Part shown: positions 37,401-48,093 of the stretch, piece after piece
Layout: each line of letters starts with the position of its first letter
Position numbering within the stretch: the stretch's first letter is position 1
NCBI GenBank assembly: GCA_054600435.1
Contig: BAAIJX010000003.1
Coordinates: 124,001 to 188,000, forward strand
Direction: 5' to 3'
Origin: Neophaeotheca triangularis
Taxonomy: Eukaryota
DNA: 64,000 bases
Translations under genes and position numbers: made by a program
The notes under the pieces: model-generated
What the model saw: only the letters and a program-made list of their open reading frames with translations
The model's database searches: none
Told to the model about the DNA's origin: nothing

Positions 37401-39678
37401 GGCCGAGACAGCTCTCATCGATGGAACCATTGGACTTCCGCGCGAACGGGGTCTGCAGAGTTTTGATCGTGGATGGGAGATTGTAGCCGTCGAGTTGGCT
37501 CCTCAATGATTGCAGCAAGCTGTGGGCCAATTCCTCAGTGACGCCAGAGGCACTCGTTTCTTTTGGTGCGAGCCAGAGATCTGGATGACATTCTCTGGCC
37601 TGCACTCGAGGCACGCAGACCTCTATTTCTGATCCCAGCAAGCCCGTAGCCGCTTCAAGTAATGTTTCATGGGAAATTAAGACCTTGCGGCTTGCGACCT
37701 TCTGGCTCAAAGGAGTGTTCGGCGGGGGACAAACAGCTTCGAAAAGCCTATCCACTGTTAAAGTAGCGTCCGAAATCGCCGGAAGGTCGAGACGCTCCGC
37801 AAGTTTGATGCGAAGCACTTTGTTATTGTTTGTCGGTAGACCGCCCTCCATGTAGACGATCAGCACCGGCACTTTCACAGAGCTCAGAGAAGATTTGACT
37901 GAATCCTGAACGTCGCGGAGCGAAGGCCGAGGCACATTTTCGGGAACGACTACCGCGATACCGACCACTTCTTGCAGAACGTCGTGGTTGACCGAAAGAG
38001 CCAAGGCCTTGCTGATTCTCCCAGCGGTTGGTGAAGCGGGATCCGACGCGGCAGCAACGACCGCGTCTTCCACCTCGAAAGGGCTGATGAGTTCTCCACC
38101 GCGGTTGATGACCTCCTTGCTCCGACCGGTGATGAACAGGTATCCTTCAGAATCCACATACCCCATGTCACCGGTATCGAAAAAACCATTTGCAGTGAAG
38201 CAAGACTTGTCAATGACGTTGCCAGCCTTGAGATATCCAGCAAAAACAGGAGAGCCCCGAACACTGACGCGGCCAATATCCCGAGTCTCTGCGGGTCGAT
38301 TGCTGCCATCCAGGATTGCTATCTCAGGCCCAACACTGACACCAGATGTGCCCGTCTTTTGAAGTTGATAGTCCAACGGCGGCGTTGAAATGGGCATGCA
38401 TTCAGTCATACCGTAAGAAGGCAAGACAATGCATCTCCGACCGCCACTCGAGAACGCGTCCCTAATCTGACAAGCCAAGCTCGGCAGCAAACCCCCAGCA
38501 GCATTGCAGACAAGCCGTATCTGTGACTTCTCCACACTCTCCGGGCGGTCCGCACCAGCTTCCAAAATACACTGATGCATAGAAGGGCTGGCATAGTACC
38601 ATGTAGGCGCATAGTCTTCGACGCAGTCCCAGAAGGCGTTGGCGTCGAAAGCGCTACAGCAAATGACGGAACCTCCGGAAATGACGGGGGCAAAGAGGTT
38701 GCGAATCAGGCCTCCGACGTGATTGAGAGGCATTTGATTCAGGCAGCGCATTGAAGGTGAAAGACCCCAAGAATCGATGACCATGGCGACGCCGCACACC
38801 ATGGAGTGCACGCTGAGTGGTACCAGCTTTTTCGTTCCAGAAGTTCCACTCGTGAAGAGAAGAATCCCGGTATCATCTGGCGTATTCGGTACAGTCGGGT
38901 TCGAGATGGGAGGGAAAATAGACCCTTCAAGATCTCGGAGCGTTAGCCTCATATCGTTATCCAACTCGGCCAACACGACATTGATTCCAGCGTCGGTAGT
39001 CCAAGAGTCCCGCAGCCCAAGTCTCTGCACATCTCCTGCCTGCGCAATTACCAGACTTGTTCCGGACTGTAGAACATCCGACTTGAACTGCTCAGCGCCA
39101 ACACCAGTGCCATGTGCAACGGGAGCCGCAGTGTAGTATGAAGCTGTTGCCAGGACGGTCATAGCTAGAAGCGGGCCATTGGGCAAGGAAATCGCCACCA
39201 CTGGGCGAGGGAGGTGTTGTTGTATTTGTAGCGGCAAGCCAAAGGTTCGCAAAGACTCGGCCAGACTTGAATGAGAAACGTGACGGCCACTTTCGGGATC
39301 GATGAGAGCAGGAGCGTGAGACATTGGCTGTAAAAGGTCTAGCAGGGATCGGTAAGTGCCCTTGCATTTCTGTAGAACTCGTCTGGCATGCTGGTGGCCC
39401 GCGACAGAGTGGCCGCTCTTGCTGTCTTCCGGCAATTGCTTCCATAGCTGGTTGTACTTCTGTTGTACTTCCAGTATTGGCCAGCGTCCGGGAAGGCCTT
39501 GCAACAAAGCCCCAAGGGTGCTTAGTGGTCCATGAGAGGGAGATTCGAGTGTCGGGATAGCTTCTAAAAGCCTGCGCTTATCATTGTCTGGCGTGACAGT
39601 TTGCAGAAAATGGCTGAAAAGCCTGACTTCGTTCTCGAGCAAATGATCAGTTTCAAGTAAGTCAGAGAGATTCGCCAT
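34448..39678 (-). CDS. Membrane-bound NRPS-like synthetase: adenylation domain, carrier (T) domain and three TM/left-handed beta-helix repeats (Pls/PosA-type terminal region), 1725 aa
   Basis: complement(join(34448..36121,36175..39678)); a 53-nt intron GTAAGT...GCTAAT...TAG fuses the 1236-aa and 528-aa ORFs. A-domain motifs FTSGTSGTKK, YGMTE, FFDTGD, ITGRSKEVINRGGE, PTNNNK. T domain DFFELGGDSM. Repeats YYRLMGAKIG / MRALGAKVG / YFRALGASLG, each followed by hexapeptide-like runs and separated by hydrophobic helices. Confidence 0.9.
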
Positions 39679-41560
39679 GGCGTCTCATCAGGGTCGAAAG
39701 CGTTGAACGAATGTGGTATATTGCTGAAAATAGCGAAGGAACGACAAGAATGACGCTCAGTCAAGAGGTCTACCAAGCAATAGCGACAGTTGGAATTGAG
39801 AAATATTAGTAAATCTAGAAATCGGTGCAAAGCAGACCTACACAGAAGAGTACATTCGGTCGGACAGCTTGAGTTATACATCAGCCCACCGGAGACGTTG
39901 TCCTCGATCTTCTAGAGTTATAAGGGATTCTGCTAGCCATACTGGGAGCATATCCCAATGGAGATGCAGCGTGGGTTCCCTCATAAAATCCGCCTGTTGT
40001 TCCAAATGTGGTCGGGATTTGGCGCCCGTGCGACTTAACTCCTGTGCATTATAATAGTCAAAGGCCATGGCCCATGAAGTCTCGCGAGTCGTAGTTTGCT
40101 GGAGACTGAGTGGACGTGGGTGGGTTTCCCGCAAAGGACTACTGTGGGGGTTCCTGCAGATGTTTCTTTACTTGCGGATGCATTGCTCGGCGTCAGCCGT
40201 CCAAACTTTGTCGAGGTGCGAAAAGGTGAACTTTGATTTTGATGGCCGTAGTAAGCTGTCCGATCTCGGTATCAATGGGAGTTCTCGCTCGATTTATCGA
40301 ATTTTTCCAATTCAATTGTGCGCCACGAGCGAAAGCGTGGCACATGTGGGAAAGAGTGCCCGATGTTTCCGTCGATATCAATTGGAAAGAGATTACGTTG
40401 GAGCAAAAATGCCGGAACCAGGAAGCTGATTAAGGTTTGTTGACCCGTTTAGCTTGACCGCGTTCGGTCCTTCGGTTTATAAACAAGTTTAAACATGCCG
40501 GACCGTTTCCGGGGGGTTAAAAACCACACGGTATTGTTGAACAGGGATAGCTGCTAGACCAACGAATGGTAGGTAGCCGGAGCTTCCAAAAGTCAATCGG
40601 ACTTGGGAGTCACGGTCTCTCGCCGACGCGGTGTGCACGCAAGGCGGAATTGACCTTTCCATGAAGCTGCGATGCGCAAGCCGTGAGAGGCGCCAGGGGA
40701 GAGGGATAGCCGGCGACGTCCAATAAATACCCAATGCGAGGTCCTAATCAGGTGAGATACTGGACGAGGGCAGCGTAAAGATTATTGGCGTCGGACGAGC
40801 CTTGGACTCGGGAGGGAGTGGGCGATGACCTGGGGAGCTGCCACCAAAGACAAAGACAACGAGTATGTGGCGGAGCCTGAAAACAATAGTTTCACCGGCA
40901 GTGGAGTCTGCAGAAACATTGTTTCCAGAAGAATGGGCGAACGTTTTAAAGCATGTTAGGAAGAACTAGTAGTATGTATTATTTGCTGATCACGCCTGAA
41001 GTCAGAATAGGGGAGGCTTGGCGCCATATAAAAGCTCGAGCCTCTAGGTATCCATGGATGTTGAGTTTGAGGTCGTCCGCAGTGGAGGAATATATTGTTA
41101 TTTTTATTACTATTGAACCTCGGTGCGGATTTACACGCTACGCTACCTTAGCTGAGCCTTGATTGTCGTCAACCACTATGTACTCTCAACGTTGCAATCA
41201 ACATCAGGCCCAATGCCTCGATTCTTACCCGTGCTTGGTTGCGTAGAGCCCCGTTGGTGTCCTTCAAGTATTTCCTGTCTTGTCTTGGGGGCTCGACTGG
41301 GACGTTCTTACCTCGTGATTGCTGGAGAAGCAATACTGCCCTGTCAAGTAGGTAGGCGATGTGATTTACCATGGGGAGATGGCAATGATACAGGGCATCG
41401 AGGACGACACGGGTGATCTAATCAGGATATTTCATCGTCAAAGCTGTGCTTATCGCGAGGTGCGCTTTCAGTGAGCATTAGCCGATACTCATCATACAGG
41501 CGGCATTCATCAGACATGCCGGCTTCTGGTCAAGGTCTGGATCCTCAACTAACCAGCACA

Positions 41561-42836
41561 TCAACCTTCTTTCCCAAACGGTGTCAGACCCTTGCGATAT
41601 GGTCTCTCCAACTGCGCCACCCTTTCGGCGTCGAATCTCCAAACACCGCAAGTATTCTCCGGCTCCAGCTTCTCCCCAATCATGCCCAACAGCTTCTCCG
41701 CAACGGGGTTGGTATTTTCCTTGCGGAAGAACAGCGCTTTCCACGCCTCCTCGCTCGTGTCCGAGTGCTTGCGTAGCTCACGTTGCGAATTCTCGAGTTC
41801 GTTTTTGTTGTCCGAGACGGCCTCTGCAGGAGAATCAAAATTAGCAACTTGCTCGGCCTCGAGACGCTCGAGTTCGAGCTCGAAAAGGCAAGCACTCACG
41901 CATATCCCCCTTATGCAAAGCCTGAATGACCCCCTGCCACGCCCGCCTCGACTCCCACGGATCCTGCGTGCTTAACTCGGGCGTAGCAAACTCCGTCGCC
42001 TTCGCGTTAGCAACATCATACTCATCCACTTGCTTCCCGCCAGCATCCTTGAACACGAATTTCTCACTCCAACTCCCCTCGGCCGTAAAAAGCGCCTTCT
42101 CCCTCTTCCGATCCTCAGCCCGATAAACCCCAGCCTGCACATGATTCTTCTCGCCCCCAATCCCCAACATACCCTTCCCCGTAAAATCCACGTGCGCAAC
42201 CAACCCCGACGAACTTACCAGCTCATAACTCCCCTGCAACTCGGGATACGGCTGGCCAGACACGACGCCCTTGACGCGAATATTCGGCAGGGGGACCAGG
42301 TAACTCTCATCCCCCCAAGCCTCGAGCGTCATAACCGCGTGCCCGATCTGCTGGATATTCACACTCCCACTAAACGTAATCTCCTGCCTCGTGTAGCCCT
42401 CGGCTCTAACACCGGCCCGCGAGTTCCACAAATAACACGCCGTGACGGGCGGATGATGGCTGACTTGCTCGGCGACCAGACGCGTCTCATCGCCCTCGCC
42501 ACCTTCACCCTCAATCTCGCCGAGAAACAACTCCCCCAGGAAGGCATTCAGCGGTTTCTTGATGCCCTCGCTCGGCTCGCGGCCCGCGTACTGCTGGCTC
42601 TTGAGCGATGACAGAAACCACTTGAGGACCGCGAGCATGCGTTTCTCGGGGGTCTGCTCGTGGGTCGGTGCGCAGAAGAGGGTCGGGTGCTCGATCCAGT
42701 AGCGGGGGAACTCGGTGGTGGATTTGTCGGCGAGCACGAAGGGCGGCGCGGTGATGTTGCTTAGGTCGCCTTTGAGCGTTGCTATTGAGGCGAGGAATTC
42801 TTTTAGTCCGCTGCGGTGGGATTCGTCGGTCGCCAT
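41561..42836 (-). CDS. Oxysterol-binding protein, short Kes1/Osh4-like, about 399 aa
   Basis: complement(join(41561..41823,41900..42836)). Motifs GDLSNITAPPF, KKPLNAFLGE, the OSBP signature EQVSHHPP, and WESRRAW. Confidence 0.93.
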
Positions 42837-43527
42837 TGTAGGGTTTGGTGGTTTGTTTGGGCTTCTGAGCGTGTAAGGTGGGGGATGTGGGGGTTGCGGG
42901 TGGTGTTGGAGTGGTGGTTGGCGATTTCTTCCGTGAGATTATGTACAAGTAGCCTTCAAACTCCAGACGCCGTCGAATGTCGTGTGCTGTGTTTCTACGT
43001 TGATTGATTCGTACGTAGCAGGTTTCGTCCGTAAGCAAGACAGGAAAGGTTCATGTCCACCTGGGCACCTAGCTCTAAACGACAGTCAAATGTCGTCATT
43101 CCAACCTCTCTTTCACATGCGCCGACTCCACAGTACATCTGCTCAGGGCCAAGATAAGGTAGGATGAAGATCTAATCGCGATATTCGTGACTATCTAGAT
43201 ATGAAGACTACCTAGTACCTTACCTAGGTAGAGAATAATCATCAACGACTACTCGCGCCGGAACAGGACGAGGCAAAAACATGATATCACAATCATGTCG
43301 CAACCGCGTTATTTGAAACTTCTCTGTGTGAGACAAGCGCCATCCGAGAGCGGCAGCCCTTCCCTGAATTACTCAGAACGCTCAAAACATCCTCCAACCC
43401 AGAATCAAACGGTCGACCGACCAACCGAGCCATAACCATCTCAACTGCTCGCTGCCAAAGCCTTTCTCATCAAAAGCAAACCCGCGACCTCCTCGATGCC
43501 CTAAATCGTTAAAGAATTAAAGGCCAC

Positions 43528-46500
43528 CTACTCAAACTTTCCCACTCCCCTCAACCCCCCAGCCATGCCACCCTCCCCCCTCCTTAACCTAGCCATCCGC
43601 TCAGTCTCCTCCCTCCTCCTTCGCGTCCCAGCCTCCAGAATACCTCTCCGCTCCTCAGCCCTCGCGGCATAAGCAAGCGAACTCTTGCCGCCGCCGCTAC
43701 TCTTCTTCACCCCAGAACCACCTCCGTCGGCTGTAGCTTCGCGACGCAAACTGCTGCCGTTGGAAGTGCTGACGCCGCGGTCGTTGATAGCGGTTGAAGA
43801 GGTAGTCGCGCGTCGGAGGAGCGAAGGGACTGCGCGGCTTGTGGTTGGCGTTGAAGCTGCCCAGGCGGAAGCTTTGCCGTGGGAGCTGGAGTTGGAAGAG
43901 TTGGAGCTCGCACCGCGGCGGAGAGAGAGGCGGTCGACGACTGAGGCTCGCGCGGCGGGCGTGCGGCGGGCAGAAGCGGGTGCGCGGGGTGGAGGCATCA
44001 TGGCACGATCGGGCGCGAAGCCGCCGTCGTTGGCGCGGTTGGCTTCGTCGTCGACGGCGGCTGCGTCCTCGGTTTCGAGCACGCTGGTCTCAAGTTCATG
44101 AGCGCCTGCTGCGTTGTAGGCTTTTCCGTCTTCGGATTCGGAGTCGGAGGCTACGTCCGAGGAGGCATCCAGGGCAGTGGGGCCTGCAAGCTCGGCAGGA
44201 TGCGGTTCTTCGAGCAGGAAGCTGAGGGATTCTTGGATCTGATTTAGAGAGGTTGGGCGAGTGAGGCTGTTGGCGGTTTGGTTGCTGCGGCGCTGCTTTG
44301 TGGGAGGCTGGGATTGCGATTGCGAGGCTTCTTCGGTTGAGAGGCGGCGTTTGTTGCCGTTGCTTTCCTGCAGGGGCATCGGGGCGTTTCTCTCCTGAGT
44401 AGGTTGACTCTCGTCCTGGGTCAAAGGCGCAGTACCAGCGTCGTCTTCCACGTCAGACAATCCAATAAGCTCGTCATCACCATCATCGTCGGCGATGGCC
44501 TTGAGGAAAGCGTCTTTGCCCTTGCTCCCCTTGCCTTCAGCCAAACCCGCCAGATTTTCGTCCTGGAGCAAAAGCTTCCTCTTCCGCGCCTCCTCCCTCT
44601 GCCTCATCTGCCTTCTACGAACCGCAATGTCATCCTCATCTTCATCCAGATCAAAAGCATTGGCTTGCTTCCGCCTCAATGCACCCGTAGTCAGGTCCTT
44701 GTACAATCTGCTCGTCTCGGCCTCATCCGCCTGCCGCTGGCGTTCGGCGAAATGTGCAGCAAGAGCATTCTCATCGACGTCGACATGGCCGGAGTCGATC
44801 ATTTCCTTGTCTTGCTCCGTTTCTGGCGCCACAAAGTCGTCGCCACCAAGCCCGGCGTACTCGTCTTCGGACTCCTCGGCTTGTTCTTCGAGCATACCTT
44901 TCATTTCCTTTGCCGCTTCTGCACGCTCGGCGGCTGTCAGGGCTTCTTTTCTGCGACGGGCCATTTCGCGGAACGCATCGGATTGTTTCGCGGCTTGAGG
45001 GGCTTCCTCCTCTTCGTCGCTTTCGTCCGCTGCAATAGCTTTGTGGCGAGAGAGACGGCCGCGCTTGCGCACCTTGTCAGATGCAGGTCGCGGTGACTCG
45101 CTAACACGCAAGGGCACCGTCGATTGGGTTTCGTGCTCCTCTTCTGGAACGGGATCGAGAGTGCTCTCTCTACGAATTTCGAGGGGTGCGGGCCATGGTG
45201 AGTGAATGCCTTGGTCCTGTGTAGGCTCCCAGCCGGGCGTCTCGCTGAGTGCCGATGGGCCTCTGTTGAGCGCGGGAGCAGGAGTTTCGGGAGCTTGAGT
45301 CTGCCAAGTGAGGTCGATACGTTGGGACTCTGGCGCTTGACTGCCAGACACAACACTTCCCTGACTTTCATTTTGAGTGTCCCCAAAAGACTGCTCTGGC
45401 ATTGTTGGCGGCAAAGAAGACGTTGAAGGCGGAGGTAGTTGTCGGTAAAGCGCCATCGAGTCTTCTTGAATGTCTTGAGTCGGAGTCTGCATCGTTGCGT
45501 GGAAAGCTTGGGTCGGACTCATGAGAGCATCATTCGAGCCATTTCCGAAGTTGAACGCTGCGAAAGGGTCTTCATCATCTGCTGCGACAATAGGCGCCTC
45601 TGCAATCTCGGCGTGATCTATCTCGAGATCGTTGTTGTCTTCGTCGTCCTTGACTACGCGGGATGTGCGAGACTTGCGGGGTGCTGGTGTCCTTATTGTG
45701 GCATCCTCTGGTCGCGTCATTGGTCTGATAGTCTCGTCACCAGCAGCTTCGTGCTCCCCGTTTGCAGGCTGAATTTCCTTGGTGAATTCTTCCTCTCGAT
45801 CATCGTCCTCTTCCTCCTCTCCTTCCTCTTCATCGCTTTCCTCAGCGATCTCGTCGACCAAACCCTCCCCATCTTCAGCCCCGCCCATTTCTTCGTCGTC
45901 ATCGCCACTGCCAACATAGTCCTCATCCTCATCTTCGTCACTACTCACAGCAGCCGCGCCCTCGACACCCGCCTCTTTAGCAGCAGCTTTCTCCGCCTTG
46001 CGCAAGTCCGTCGCCTCCCTTCTCGCCTTCTCCAACAAATCTTCATACTCCTCCGCGGCACGCTCCCTTTCTTCAGCAGTCTGCACGACAATACCCTTCG
46101 CCTTCAACTCCTCGAGGCGCTCTTGCTGCTGCTTCCGCGCCTGCTCTTTCGCTTTGCGGCGGAGTTGGGCCTCGAGTACTGAAGCACCGATGCTAGGTTT
46201 GACACCTCGTTTGCTCGGCTTGGAAACGTACGCGCCGATGTGGGAAAGATGCTTGAGGTTATGAATGGCTTTGTTATCTTCGCTAACTTTCGCTGATACT
46301 GGGCGGATGTTGTCGAAAGCACGTAGATGGCGAGGCATTGGCTGAATGATCTCAAGGTCATCATCGTCGCTATCGAGGTGGATGGGCTTTCGAGGCTTTC
46401 TGCCTAGCTTGCCGAGCTTTGGTTCCTTCTTCTCGGGTGCTGCGGCGGGTGCCTCTTCTACCTCTGGTTTCTGCTTTCGCGATGAACTCAGGATCTGGGC

Positions 46501-47643
46501 TAGATCAGGAAGGTCTTCGTCGTCGTCGATAATCGACTTGAGGTTGGACAAGCTGTCTTCTCGCACAGGCTTCATCTTACTCAAGGCTCCATGTTCGACC
46601 AATGCTCTTTGCCTATCGAGAGGAGTCGGCGGGCTTGAAGGCGGTGTGCTCACGGGCTCTTTTGCGGCTGGCTCTGGACCGTCGCTATTCGGAGCGGAAG
46701 AAGCAGTTGCGTTCTCAGACCCCGTCTCGTTTGGCTGTTGCTCAGGCTTCTCGAACCTTTTCGCAAAGTCTCCCAATGTGAACTTCCTCTTCACTTTCAT
46801 CTGATGAGCCAAAGCCATCTGCCTCGACATCCGCTGTGTCTCCCTCTCCATCTCCAGAAGCGCCTTCTTACTAGCCTTCCGTGTGGGTTTGACGGCATCT
46901 GACAGGATTCTCTCGGCGTTTTCATCCGGCACATGTTGAGAAGACTCCATCTCGTCTCCAGGCGCGTCGGATGACGCGTGGGCAGAGGTCGCGCGTTCTT
47001 TTCGCGTCTTCTCTTCAGCCTCTCTAGCCAAACGCTTCTCACGATTCTTTGCGACCAATTCAGCCAGCCTAGAGCCTCTGATGTCGGGTAATTCGTCGTC
47101 GCTCTCGTTATGCGTACTCTTAGCCGGGCTGACAAAGAGGCCACCGCTGCGTACACTACGCCCACTCCCTGGCGGCGAAGAAGGCACTGCCCTCCACGCG
47201 AGTCGCTTCCTGATTGGTGTGGCATTGTACAACTCATCTTGTTCGTCTGCGTTGGTCTCGTGGTGCTGAAGCCTTCGAGTCTTGCCCTGCGAGCTCAGTC
47301 GTCCTGTCGGAGAGCCGTCGTCACGGCCGCCCAGCATCCTCCTTGCAGCTGCACCACGCGGTCTTTGCGCATCCCTGATCGAGTCGTCATCGGAAGAGGC
47401 ACCGTTTTCGCTAGCAACTTTGCTGGAAGGGTGCGATGGTCCGTCGTGGGTTTCGCTTTCAGAGTCCTCTTGAAACGGATCGAGCGTCCTCTTAGTCGGT
47501 TGTTGTGCCTTTTGGGTGGGGCTTTGGTGACGCTTAGGTGTAGGCGTAGGAGCGTTGTCAATGGCTTCGAGTTGCCGTGCGAGTTTGGTACGCGGTGTCA
47601 AGAAGTCAGCCACTGGTGACCCGGACGGCGTGGGAGATGCCAT
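43528..47643 (-). CDS. MRC1: Mediator of replication checkpoint Mrc1 (claspin-like)
   Basis: Long intronless ORF that is open to 47913; MASPTP at 47643 is the likelier start. RKASKKALLEMERETQRMSR block, an SQ/TQ cluster, and the MRC1-like domain MLEEQAEESEDEYAGLGG...LYKDLTTGALRRK. Confidence 0.88.
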   Translation of the reverse strand: MASPTPSGSPVADFLTPRTKLARQLEAIDNAPTPTPKRHQSPTQKAQQPTKRTLDPFQEDSESETHDGPSHPSSKVASENGASSDDDSIRDAQRPRGAAARRMLGGRDDGSPTGRLSSQGKTRRLQHHETNADEQDELYNATPIRKRLAWRAVPSSPPGSGRSVRSGGLFVSPAKSTHNESDDELPDIRGSRLAELVAKNREKRLAREAEEKTRKERATSAHASSDAPGDEMESSQHVPDENAERILSDAVKPTRKASKKALLEMERETQRMSRQMALAHQMKVKRKFTLGDFAKRFEKPEQQPNETGSENATASSAPNSDGPEPAAKEPVSTPPSSPPTPLDRQRALVEHGALSKMKPVREDSLSNLKSIIDDDEDLPDLAQILSSSRKQKPEVEEAPAAAPEKKEPKLGKLGRKPRKPIHLDSDDDDLEIIQPMPRHLRAFDNIRPVSAKVSEDNKAIHNLKHLSHIGAYVSKPSKRGVKPSIGASVLEAQLRRKAKEQARKQQQERLEELKAKGIVVQTAEERERAAEEYEDLLEKARREATDLRKAEKAAAKEAGVEGAAAVSSDEDEDEDYVGSGDDDEEMGGAEDGEGLVDEIAEESDEEEGEEEEDDDREEEFTKEIQPANGEHEAAGDETIRPMTRPEDATIRTPAPRKSRTSRVVKDDEDNNDLEIDHAEIAEAPIVAADDEDPFAAFNFGNGSNDALMSPTQAFHATMQTPTQDIQEDSMALYRQLPPPSTSSLPPTMPEQSFGDTQNESQGSVVSGSQAPESQRIDLTWQTQAPETPAPALNRGPSALSETPGWEPTQDQGIHSPWPAPLEIRRESTLDPVPEEEHETQSTVPLRVSESPRPASDKVRKRGRLSRHKAIAADESDEEEEAPQAAKQSDAFREMARRRKEALTAAERAEAAKEMKGMLEEQAEESEDEYAGLGGDDFVAPETEQDKEMIDSGHVDVDENALAAHFAERQRQADEAETSRLYKDLTTGALRRKQANAFDLDEDEDDIAVRRRQMRQREEARKRKLLLQDENLAGLAEGKGSKGKDAFLKAIADDDGDDELIGLSDVEDDAGTAPLTQDESQPTQERNAPMPLQESNGNKRRLSTEEASQSQSQPPTKQRRSNQTANSLTRPTSLNQIQESLSFLLEEPHPAELAGPTALDASSDVASDSESEDGKAYNAAGAHELETSVLETEDAAAVDDEANRANDGGFAPDRAMMPPPRAPASARRTPAARASVVDRLSLRRGASSNSSNSSSHGKASAWAASTPTTSRAVPSLLRRATTSSTAINDRGVSTSNGSSLRREATADGGGSGVKKSSGGGKSSLAYAARAEERRGILEAGTRRRREETERMARLRRGEGGMAGGLRGVGKFE

Positions 47644-48093
47644 TGTGTTCGGCGGTGGTGTCTGGTCGTCTGGTCTATGGCCGTATTTGGGTATACCCAC
47701 TAGATCATGACGTGATGAGGCACTGATCTGGCAAAATTGTTTGAGAAGTGATATGGTGGATCCGTTGAAGTGATATTGTCGAGGAGAAGCTGAAGTTATG
47801 CTGGTTCTGTCTGTACTGTCGGTAGAAAGTTGGTGGTTGGAGAACGCGTGCTGGACGCGAAAGGCTAACACGCTAGCGGAATTTCCTCGGATGGGACGTA
47901 TGATTGATGGCATTTCACGTTTTAGTTAAAGCCCGCCCTTAGATTTGATGGGAGTCAATCAATTTGCGGAGTTTGAAGACTTCACCTCCGAGCTCTCTGT
48001 GTTTCGTCCCGTCTCTTGTCTCTAGCTAGAACTGAAGCTTTTGACCTTGCATGCTACCAACAACCCGTCGCATGGCGTGAGTGATTATCATAT

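Noticed and set aside
47644..47913. 90-codon in-frame N-terminal extension of MRC1, and a similar 19-codon extension of ALDH to 55554
   Set aside because: Both read like UTR or promoter sequence; the downstream ATGs are in better context.
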